Assembly (NCBI GenBank): GCA_964016885.1
Contig: OZ024744.1
Location: forward strand, 96,534,001-96,598,000
Source of the DNA: Eledone cirrhosa
Taxonomy: Eukaryota
DNA: 64,000 bases
Reading direction: 5' to 3'
Made by a program: the position numbers and the translations under genes. Positions within the stretch are counted from its first letter, which is position 1. Every line of letters starts with the position of its first letter. The notes under the pieces are model-generated. The model had not been told where the DNA came from and did not search any database. It was given only the letters and a program-made list of their open reading frames with translations. Positions 42,864-55,070 of the stretch are shown here, in pieces.

Positions 42864-43770
42864 ATAGGGGATTAGTGGAGGATAAGTGCGACGACGTTCT
42901 CAGGGAAAATCTAGGCACCGAGGATGAAGAACTGACCAGTCTGTTCGGGAGGACTTTCCGTCCAGGGCCTATGGATAACTTCCAGAGGTCTCTGGCCTGA
43001 TAGTGCTACCGAGGAGCTCTACCAGTTCGAGACAAAATCTACAGGCACGGACGCCCTGGCAGATATATTGCCAAAAGCACCTGTCCAAGATGCGAGCAGG
43101 TCATCGAAACCGTTCTGCACGCAATTGTTCAGTGCCCAGGGGGACCGACCTGTGGAATTATGTCGAACAGCTACTGTCACGTGTGGGACGCATCCAGTTG
43201 TCAGCCGAGTCCATCGTGAGGATCAACCCGCCGCCTTCAATTAAGAATGAAGGAGAGGCGGTTTTCCTCTGTCTGGTGGCTATGGCGAAAGTGGTAATAT
43301 GGTGGACGAGGTTAAAAGGACTGAGAGCAAACACCTTTCTCTCCAGACAACAACTCATCCCCTTCTTTAAGTACCACTTCAGAAGGAAGGTGAGAGTGGA
43401 GAGAGAGGTGCTACACCCCAGTAAATACGCTGAAAGGTGGGTAAATTCGCATTATTGTGGCGAAAATGGCCCGATTGAATGGGCCTTCTCTGTATATAAA
43501 CCTGTAGGTTGAGGAAGATAAACAGAGGGAAGACGGGAACACCTACAAAACGTGTTCCTGGTGTTGAGGATTGTTCTATCCACGGGGTGTAAAACAACCC
43601 TGCAGTAACGTTCCCCCCTATTGGGGATTTCAATTGTTATTTTATTATATATAGTTTATTGTTTTTGATTAATGTTAAAGTTATATGATTTTTATGTAAA
43701 AGCCCCGCCGTCACGTCTTGTAATGTCCCATTTTTGTACGCCCCTGTGGCAAATAAAGAAAGATATCTAT
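42864..43770 (+). mobile_element. Tx1/L1-clade LINE 3' fragment in (ATCT)n
   Basis: Frameshifted CPRC....ETVLHAIVQC knuckle, then LWNYVEQLL...VAMAKVVIWWTR. The 3' UTR ends tgtggcaaataaagaaagat(atct)n. Same 3' end at about 42640-42750, 43795-44180 and 28958-29122. Confidence 0.7.
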
Positions 43771-44179
43771 CTATCTATCTATCTATCTACCTAACTGATT
43801 CTTTTTTTCAAATACCACTTTGGAAGAAGAATCAGGATGGAGAGAGAGGTGCTGTACCCCAGCAAGTTTTATGAAAGGTGGGTGAAAGTGGCGAGAATGG
43901 CCCGAGTGAATGGGCCTTCTCTCTATATCAGCCTGTAGGTTGAGGAAAAGGAGGAGGAGAGGAAGGGAGTACAAACTCTTCGTACTCCTGGAGATGAGGG
44001 TTGCACATTTTTTTTCGGGGGTATGTGTTACCCATATAAACTGTCTCCCTCTATTGGGGAAAATCGACTAACTTTTTAAATTCCATCTGTGATAACATTT
44101 TACACGTTTTTATTGTATGTAAACTTCCCCCTTTGTATTTGTCCCCTTCTTTTGTGCCCCTGTGGCTAATAAAGAAATA

Positions 44180-44243
<64 letters not shown>

Positions 44244-44547
44244 CATCTAGCTAGCTAGCTAGCTAGCTAGTTATCGGTCGGTGGTTCTATACAACCATTT
44301 AACTGTCTATTTGTCTGACTCTGTAGTCATCAGTCTATATGAATGGTATCCAATTAAATTCAGAAAGACCTCTAACGTAAAATCAATGAAAAGTATAAAG
44401 CGCATTTATTCATATTCACATTTATTCCATACCTATACACCGAATATCATCCCGGGGCATATAAATAAATCGAAACAACAGAAGTATGCTTTATTTCTTC
44501 TTTATGTTCTTCTGCGTTTTGCTTCTGTTTATTCAGTTCAACTTCTA

Positions 44548-44606
44548 GCTGGCTGATGAGGTCATAACTGTTGCATAACGGTTATCACCGAAATGTATAT
44601 AACAGC
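44548..44606 (+). ncRNA. Hammerhead ribozyme-like motif, same family as 2712
   Basis: gctg-g-CTGATGA-ggtcataactgtt(gcat)aacggttatcacc-GAAA-tgtata-TA-a-cagc. Shows compensatory changes relative to the 2712 copy. Confidence 0.62.
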
Positions 44607-45084
44607 GATTATAAGTAAACGAGGTGAATTATAACCTGCTGAATTATACTTCATGAGTATATATAAATATACATGCATATATGTATATACGCACACACCC
44701 ACATACATACTTTACATATATATATTATGGCATTCCAGTGTTTATAGATCCGTTATGAATTTTTAGTTATAGATTAATAAACACTTGTGTAAGCCTTATT
44801 AAGCACTCGATGTAGTTAAGTCCAGGTGCTTGACTGAGGGAGTGTTGTTTGAATTAAAAAAGGGTATTTTGAATTTCACCGTTATGGTTGCTGAGCGGTG
44901 AAGAAACAAAACCAGAGACCACTGGCTGGTGTATCGGATAAGAAGTTATATCACTAATTTAAAACAATGTCTGATGAGGAGATCCTAAGTAAGTATTACT
45001 TAAAAAAAAACATTGAAATACGTAATACCAGCATCACATAATCAATAAAATATAGTGAAATTAAAACTTACTGCATTATAATCC

Positions 45085-45132
<48 letters not shown>

Positions 45133-45182
45133 TATATATATATGTAAGTATATCGAACGTTCAACTATCTGGCAGATGGGTA

Positions 45183-45227
45183 AACGGTGCTGATGATAGC
45201 TAACAAGCTTGAAACTAGTACATCGTT
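45183..45227 (+). ncRNA. Minimal type I hammerhead ribozyme motif (Penelope-type)
   Basis: aacggtg-CTGATGA-t agct aaca agct t-GAAAC-TA-GTA-catcgtt. Stem I has 7 bp (one G-U), stem II 4 bp, stem III is the palindrome ACTAGT, and the cleavage triplet is GUA. Confidence 0.8.
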
Positions 45228-45528
45228 CCTGTGTCAGTGTTGAACAAAAAGGTGACGTGGTTGCCTTAACACCGTATGGCATAAATTCAGGCTGTTCAGT
45301 TTGTTTACAAACGAACAAAGCGACGTTATAATAAGTCCCGCTAAACTGATACGTGCATATATGTATGTGTACCTGTATGCATATGTATATATATATGTAT
45401 ATATATATATATATGTGCATGCTACTGTACGTCTGTATACATATATGTATGTACGTATACATGCATACTTACATTTAAGTAAGTGCCATACTAAGAGTGA
45501 GAAATGAAATTTCGTTTTCATTTTGTTT

Positions 45529-45876
<348 letters not shown>

Positions 45877-45879
45877 AAT

Positions 45880-45911
<32 letters not shown>

Positions 45912-45912
45912 T

Positions 45913-46010
<98 letters not shown>

Positions 46011-46013
46011 AAT

Positions 46014-46064
<51 letters not shown>

Positions 46065-46173
46065 AATATATATATATATAAATATATGTAGGAGGTGAGT
46101 TTTATTGTAGTACAATAAAGCAATGCAGATATCGGATAAGAAGCACTCTACAGTTTGTGGGACTGGAGTATGC

Positions 46174-46411
46174 ATAATATAAGATCAAAAGATGGTTAAA
46201 GGAGTTCCATATATTTTATTATGCGCATTTCAAAAACAAACATCATCAAGCAATAATATTTGTGTTTTCATCAGATAAAACAGGAGAACATGATATGAAG
46301 GCTAAAAAACACTTGTGGATAGTGCAGTTTTAAATCAACATATGATGTTTGTTTTTGAAATGCGCATAATAAAATATATGGAACTCCTTTAACCATCTTT
46401 TGATCTTATAT

Positions 46412-46414
<3 letters not shown>
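46174..46414. repeat. Perfect 73-bp inverted repeat overlapping a hammerhead motif
   Basis: 46174-46246 is the exact reverse complement of 46342-46414. Adjacent to (TA)n. Confidence 0.85.
46214..46280 (-). ncRNA. Type I hammerhead ribozyme motif with long stem II
   Basis: Minus strand ttttat-CTGATGA-aaacacaaatatta(ttgcttga)tgatgtttgttttt-GAAA-TGCGCA-TA-ataaaa. Stem I is a perfect 6 bp, stem II pairs 13/14, stem III is the palindrome ATGCGCAT. Confidence 0.78.
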
Positions 46415-46459
<45 letters not shown>

Positions 46460-46462
46460 AAT

Positions 46463-46541
<79 letters not shown>

Positions 46542-46548
46542 AATATAT

Positions 46549-46784
<236 letters not shown>

Positions 46785-46910
46785 GCGAGAAAAACCACAA
46801 ACCCTCAATCTCAATTCTACTTTCGAAAAGCATAAGAACTGTGAAACCGGTAAAGGAAACAAATAAATATTCTTAAAAAGACTCCAGTTGCATTTTCGAT
46901 TTATTTTCCT

Positions 46911-47040
<130 letters not shown>

Positions 47041-49521
47041 CGTGCGCGTATATATAAACTTCCTTCGGTCACGAGTGACCATGGGTTTTGCAGCTAGAAG
47101 GTACCTTTCCGTAACACAAGTCCCGCATGTATACCAGCCTTCCCTCTCCACTACACCAATGTTGTCTAAGGCAAAGGCGGGTTCCAGCTTGGCACCTGTC
47201 ACGACTAATATATACACTATATATACAGTATATACAAACTATGTATACATTATATATTATATGTATACACCGTATCTGATGATGTCCAAGAGAAAGCCAA
47301 TGGCCGATACAGTTCGGCGCCAGTGACTTCCCCCACTCATTTCTACATCTAAGTGAACTGGAATAATCTGAAATAAAGTGTCTTGCTCAAGGACTCAACT
47401 CACTACCCGGTTCCGGTATCGAACTCACACCCTCACGATTGTTAACCCAACGCTTTAACCATTGAACCAAGTGCTTTCACACACACACATATAGGCATGC
47501 ATACACACACACATATATAAATATATTAAGTCACTTGCTCTAAAATCATATATATATATACATATACCATACATGTATGTATAAATAAATACACACATAC
47601 ATGCAAACACACATAAATACATACATAAACACATACATACATCCTTCTATCCATATATATGTGCACACACACACGCGCGCGCATGTGCATATATATAAAT
47701 TAATCACTCTGAAACAGGAGTTAAAAACCTGTCAGTGAAAAATTCCTGTATCGGAAGAACGCAACTGAAAGAAATATAATTAACACGAGATTTTAATCGT
47801 AACCAATCATCAGTTTACTGAGATATGAGAAGACAATCAGTAAATGTCACAGATGTTCCCACTCAAGGAAATTCGGATTCATTGAGGAGAAAAAAATTTA
47901 TGTGGAATGAGTGAGTGAGGGGTAAAAGAAAAAGGGGTTTTAACGAGGCTGCAATGTAGTTAGAAGAAATCCGAAAGAAGCATTATGGATTGGCAGTATC
48001 GGTAGAGGGTAGGACGCCATGCTTTGCAGCAAAGAGTTACGGCCCTTTATGGTCTGAGTTCAATTCCCGCCGAGGTTAACTTTGCCTTTCATCCTTACGG
48101 GGTCGATAAAATAAAGTACCAGTAATACACTGGAATAATTGCTGGCCTTGTGCCAAAAGTAGAAACAATTATAACAATAGCTAAGCCGATAGATGGATTG
48201 ACAGTATCGTTAGAGAGTCGGCCATAAATGCTTAGCCGTATTTACTTATGACTTTCTACGTCCTGAGTTCAAATCACATCGAAGCCAACTTTGACTTTTA
48301 TCCATTAAAGCCAACTTTGACTTTTACCATTTAAGTGCTTGGGTTGATATAACTGACTTCCCCCTTTCCTTTCAAATTTTTGGTCTTGAAAGAATTATAA
48401 CAAAAGAGTACAATATTTATGGTGATGCCAGGGTGGTGGATAAACAGACTTTGTCGAGCGACGTATAAGATGCCATTGGGGTATTTGTTATGGTTCTTAA
48501 CATTCTGCGCTCAAATCCAGCCCTTGTTAACTTTGTTCTTCTGCCCTTCATTCTTCTGAAATCGATAAAGTATAATTGTTTCTACTTTAGGCACAAGGCC
48601 AGCAATTACTCCCAGTGCATTACTGGTACTTTATTTTATCAACCCCATAAGGATGAAAGGCAAAGTTAACCTCTGCGGGATTTGAACTCAGACCGTAAAG
48701 GGCCAATAATACCAGTGAAGTACTAAGATTTATTTAATCAAATTTGCCTTCCCCAAAAAAATTTTCTGTGCATAAGTTAGCGATCAATATTTATTGGCAG
48801 TATCGGTAGAGGGTCGGACACCATGCTTTGACGCATAGAGTTACGTCCCTTGTCATTCTGTGTTCAAATTCCGCCGAGTTTAACTTTGCCTTTCATCCTT
48901 ACGGGGTCGATAAAACAAAGTACCAGTAATGTACTGGTAATTGCTGGCCTTGTGCCAATAGTAGAAACAAATATTTATTATGTTGCCATTGAAATTGTAA
49001 CAGCAAAAAGAAACAAAACTTCAAAATAAGAAAGCACTAGAAAGAGTTTTCTTTTGAGCTTATCTTATCAGCAAGCACTTAACGGTGATATAAATATACC
49101 AAGCTGGTTAGTGTTTACAGAAATGATGCTGATACTCCGAGCCCTAAGAAACGCATCCACATACTAATAATAGTTACTAGTTCATTGCATATCAAAATTG
49201 ACACATACAACTTATCTGAATCTATTCCTTTGAAATTACTATAATGGTAACAATGTAATAACAATTGAACAAGTAACTGGCAAAGAAAGGTGTTTGGAGA
49301 TGATCTGAGCAGCTTCGAGTCAACAAAAAAATACAATGTCAGAAGCAGGACAGAATATGAGAAATTTAATTGAAGTGTGTCATACAAGAAACACCTGGTC
49401 CTGTTACCCATTCGTGGATACTTGAAACTCTTCGACTTAGTAAAGTTCCAAAGAAAACTTTGATTCGTCCTAGGTCTGCATATTGAAGTTTAGTACAGTT
49501 AAATACAAGAAATGATTGCAT

Positions 49522-50447
49522 TTGGATTGGCAGTATCTGTAGAGGTTCAGACGCCATGCTTTCTAGCATAGTTTCGTCCCTTTACAGTCTGAGTTCAAAT
49601 CCCACCGAAGTTAACTTTTACTTTCATCCTTACGGGGGTCGATAAAATAAAGTACCAGTAATGTACTGGGATAATTGCTGGCCCTGTGCCAAAAGTAGAA
49701 ACAATTATTAATTTGCGCTGGATTGGCAGTATCGGTAGAGGGTCGGGCAGCATGATTTGACACATAGAGTTACGGCCCTTGGCATTATGAGTTCAAATCC
49801 CTCTGAGGTTGGCTTTGCCTTACATCCTTACGAGGTCGATAATATAAAGTACCAGTAATGCACTGGGTAATTGCTGGTCTTGTGCCAAAATTAGAAACAA
49901 TTATTATTACTGGGTGGATTTGATTTCAAATCACACCGAGGTTAACTTTGCTTTTCATCCTTACGGGATCGATAGAATAAAGTACCTGTAACGTACTGGG
50001 GTCGATTTAATCTACTTTCCCCTCCCCCAAATTACTGGCCTTGTGCCTATACTAGAAATCATGGAGGTTTGGCAGTATCGGTAGAAGGTCGGACAACAGG
50101 CTTTGCAGCACAGAGTTACGCCCCTTTCTGATCTGAGTTCAAATCCTGCCGAGGTTAACTTTCCCTTTCATCCTTATGGGGTCGATAAAATAAAGTACCA
50201 GTAATGCACTGGGATAATTGCTGGCCTTGAGCCAAAAGTAGAAACAATTATTACTGGGTGGATTGGCAGTATCGGTAGAGGGATAGACGCCATGCTTTGC
50301 AGCATAGAGTTACGGCCCTTTTCAGTCTGAGTTCAAATACCGCCGAGGTTAACTTTACCTTTCATCCTTACGGGGTCGATGAAATAAAGTACCAGTAATG
50401 TACTGGATAATTGCTGGCCTTGTGCCTAAATAAGAAACAATTATTAC
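49522..50447 (+). mobile_element. Head-to-tail cluster of five family 1 SINEs
   Basis: Copies begin near 49522, 49718, 49913 (partial), 50063 and 50257. Confidence 0.9.
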
Positions 50448-50559
50448 TGATAGTACACAACTGTGCAAAGATAGGTTTATTTCAAAGAAACAGTTATTTT
50501 CTGCACCTACGTAATTTTTACAAGTTATTTAACTCGTTGCAGTGTACAAATGGTTGAGT

Positions 50560-51050
50560 GTGTATGTATATGTGCGTCACCCGAACGAGTGAGCTCCACC
50601 TCTAACCCTTGATCCCGTTCGACAGGATGGAGAAAACATTGTCCCGAAAGACGGCGAGGGAAACGTACTGGAGCAGCCACTCCACCTCGCGGGGCTCGCA
50701 CATATTGGCAGCCTACTCCGCTCTGATAACAGTGAGTAGGGATGGAGGTCCGAGGGCCAATAACGCCAGAACTCTCCACTGCTACAGGCTCTACCAAAAA
50801 CCTATTAGAGAGCGGCCAATACTTGGACAGTTTACTCTCTTCAGCTTGACAAACCGCAGAGTCTTGGTTGTTAGCCGAACGCACCAGGTTGCCCCCAGTG
50901 AAGGTGTCACAGGATATTGCATCCCATATGAGAGGCCTACTCCCCCGGAATGGGAAGATTGTTATGCAGTCTGGCCTTTTGTTGTCTCCTCGGTTCAGCC
51001 CCGCTGGCTCAAGCTGGGAAGGGAAGATTTATACATTCAGTGAACCCATT
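50560..51050 (-). mobile_element. CRE-clade (REL endonuclease) LINE 3' fragment
   Basis: KRPDCITIFPF..RPLIWDA...DT...QAEESKLSKY...VEPVAVESSGVIGP, frameshifted afterwards. Confidence 0.65.
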
Positions 51051-52267
51051 GTCTTTTTTACTGAGGTTATTTAAGGCAAGTCATTTTCTTACAGATAGAG
51101 AGAAACCCCAACCTAATATATTAACTCGTCGACAAACTGAAAGTGTATGCAATATATCATTTATTAGTCTGATAGTCTGATTATTTCTGCAATATCTAAT
51201 GACAAATATTACAGGTATGTGGAGATGTACAAAGAAATATATACTCTTCTGCAGAAATTGTAGCAAAAAATGCACAAGAAGATAATATAACCCGTGTATA
51301 AAACAATATGGCCCTTAGAACTCCTTAGATGCAATAAATCCGTAGGCCACAGCGATTTTAGGCTTCTCGATTATACTATAGATTAGGTTCAGACCAGTAA
51401 TACTAACACCTGAAAACAATTAACCTTCACAAGAAATAATTTCCACATTAAGCACAAACTGAAACTAAAACAAGTTGAATGTCACATCATATCTTCAACA
51501 TTATTAACTAAAAACTAAGTATAAAAATGCATCTATGGATCGAGTTTGTGTATATGAATCAAAGAAAGTCATGAAAATTGGAAAAGTGAACCATGAAACG
51601 TAATCCATGGTTGACGACCAAGGATACACATATATTCTGCTGCAACAGCACATCAGATGAAACGCTGTTTGTTTATCAACAGAAGGGCAAGGTCAGGCAA
51701 GGCTCTGTTTTCAAAATACTGTAAAGTGACAGTAACGTAAATAACCAAAGTAATTTAATCACCCTCGAATAACAACCCTATGATTAGCTTTCAGACAATT
51801 GTATTCGCAATGGTCAGGTTTCGAGTTCGATTCTCGAGCCGGGTGATGCATTATGTCCTTGAGCAAGGCACTTTAACTCACTTTAACTCACTTTGCTCCT
51901 GTCAGGATTTGACACACTCCACTCCACTCAGTAAACGAATAAAGTCTGGAATCTTGCCGATATTCTTTTAAAAAAAGAATATTCTTTTAAAATTCAAGAT
52001 CGAGAAATGGCAGGTGTATAAAACTATGTTATAGCAATGTAAGTATATGCCCTAGATGTGACAACTAGAGAAGTATATGTAGAATTAACGTTGCACATCA
52101 TAAGCAGTTGTCTAAAAATATTTTCACGATAAAATCTACCTATGGAGAATAATGTCCTGATCAAAACACTATATGATGCAAACCGTAGAAAGATAGTCCT
52201 GAAGATAAAATCATATACATACATACATACATACATACATACATACATACATACATACATACATACA

Positions 52268-52361
<94 letters not shown>

Positions 52362-52838
52362 TGATGTGACAGTAATACAAAGGGCATTCATTCTCAAACA
52401 TAATACGAAATATGTGTTCTTGTCGACATCTCTGTGGACTGTAGACACAACAGATCAGGTATTATGATTTGAGATAAGGAAAGACATTTTGCACAACAGT
52501 GTAAATCCGTTGCCGCAGTATGCGTTAATATAATGGGAAACATTAGTGAAAAAGATGAATTAAACTTATTAATGAGAGATCTGAAACGTCGTTTACCATC
52601 CAGATAATAGCTTTAAATATATATCGTTTGACAAAAGCAGAAAGGACACGACATACGAGCTATTAATGGAACTGTAAAACTATGTAAAACATTCACGAAG
52701 TTTAGAATTGAATACATGCATATACACACGTAGACATGCAAATATATGTATCTGGGTACAGACGAACGTTATAAAATAGAAACGTAGATGCAATGGCATC
52801 CATGGTTGCATATAACATATACACATATACACGCACAA

Positions 52839-52931
<93 letters not shown>

Positions 52932-54204
52932 TCAAACACTCCTCCCAGCGGGCCCTGACAGAAGCAACTGTATCCAACTGATCCGGCTAGATCCCCAAGC
53001 GTGACCAAGCCAAGCTCATGGCTGTTATCCAACCATCTTACTCGTGGTCTACCCCTGGGTCTCTTGCCGGTTGGTTTTGCCCGTAAAAATCTGCCCAGCG
53101 ATTCCTGAGTAATTCTAACCACATGGGCACAGAGAACTCTATCCTGTAAAATCCTGTACTTTAGGAAAAAGGTCAAGAGAGGCTTTGCAATATATACCAC
53201 TAAATTATTACCTGATGTTCATTCAATATTATTTCCATGCCTGTGAATTGGCGGTGAATTGGCAGTATCGGTAGAGGGTCGGACACTATGCTTTGCAGCA
53301 AAGAGTTACGGCCCTTTATTGTCTGAGTTCAAATCCCACCGAGGTTAACTTTGCCTTTCATCCTTATGTGGTCGATAAAATAAAATACCAGTAATGCACT
53401 GGGATAATTACTGGCCTTGTGCCAATAGTAGAAACAATTATTTCCATGGCGCTTGGTTTTACCCGTAAAATCTGTCCAGCGAATCTTTCCTGAGACATTC
53501 TAATCATATAGGTGCAGAGAACTCTATCCTGTAAAATATACTTTAGGAAAAAGGCCAAGAAAGGCTTTGTAATATAAACCACCAAATTATTGCCTGATGT
53601 TCATTCAATATTATTTCCAAAGATAGCTTCTACCTTCAACAAAAAAATAAAGGGAAAAAAATACACGAAACAAACTATCTCAGCATTAACAATTCTAGAA
53701 ATAGTTAAATCCCAATAGATACTGTAGCCACTGAATATCAAAAAGCCTTTTATTTGAAACAAATTCAAGACTGGTAAATGTTTATATTCCTGGGGAGATG
53801 AAGATAGATCGGATATAAAAAATCTGAGAGCGAGCAATTAAAGTTGATATGAAACGGATATGTCTATTTGTTGGCTAGATAAATTGTTAAACACTCAGCA
53901 TGCTTAATGATAAATGGCTGTTTATCAATAATAGAGTTGTGATATACCAACATTTCAAACTGCAGAAAAATGCAGTGTTATCAACTTATGAACAGTTCAT
54001 AAATAAAGCAATGCATTCTGTCATATCATTTTAAGATGTTTGAAAGAAAATAAAAAGTATTTTCAAGGGTGAAAATATGAATCGTATTAGAGATCTTATG
54101 TCAAAATACACGCAGAACGAATATAATAAAAGAAATGAATTGTTTTGAATGAGATAATAACCGCACTGGAAACAGTTGTAAAGTAAAGATAATTAATATC
54201 TATC

Positions 54205-55070
54205 AATAATTGTTTCTACTTTAGGCACAAGGCCAGCAATTACCCAGTGCATTACTGGTACTTTATTTTATCGACCTCGTAAGGATGAAAGGCACAATAA
54301 TGATTTCTAGTATAGGCACAAGGCCAGGAATTTTTTTTTTGGGGGGGGGGGGGAGTCGGTTAAATCGAACCCAGTGCGGGACTGGTACTTTATTTTATCG
54401 ACCTCGCAAGGATGAAAGGCAAAGTTAACCTCGGTGGGATTTGAACTCAGAACGTAAAAGGCCATAACTCTATGCTGTAAAGAATGGTATCCGACCCTCT
54501 ACCGATACTGCCAAATGATAATAATATTTGTCTCTACTTTAGGCACAAGGCCAGCAATTTCAAGGGGAGGGGAAAGTCTATTATATCGACCCCAGTACAT
54601 TACTGGTGGTTTATTTAACGACCCTGTAAGGATGAAAGGCAAAGCTAACCTCGGCAGGATTTGAACTTAGAACGTAAAGGGTCGTAACTCTATACCATGA
54701 ATTTGGGCAATTTCGGTGAGAGGAAAGTAGATTAAATTGACCCTGAAAAGATGAAAGTGCTTGAACTCTGTAAAGAACCGCAAAAATAATGGTTTTCTTG
54801 TATAGGCACAAGGCCAGCAATTTTGGGTGAGGGGTAAGTCGATTAAATTGACTCCAGTGCATGACTGGTACTTTATTTTATGAATTCTGTAAGGATGAAA
54901 GGCAAAGCTAACCTCGGCGGGATTTGAACTCAGAACGTATAGGGGTACAACTCTATGATGTAAACCATGGTGTGCGGTGCTCTGCCGATACTGCCAAGCC
55001 ACCTCCCAGTACCGATACTGCCAATCCAGTCGCAAAATAATGGTTTCATTCATTGGTCACAAGGGCCGAT
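54205..55070 (-). mobile_element. Cluster of about five family 1 SINE copies and fragments
   Basis: Repeated taggcacaaggccag...aggatgaaaggcaaag..aacctcgg blocks. Confidence 0.85.

Noticed and set aside
51320-51410. Minus-strand acceptor ttttcag followed by a short open frame (VSITGLNLIY...)
   Set aside because: It resembles neither eag nor any protein I recognise, and there are no supporting exons.
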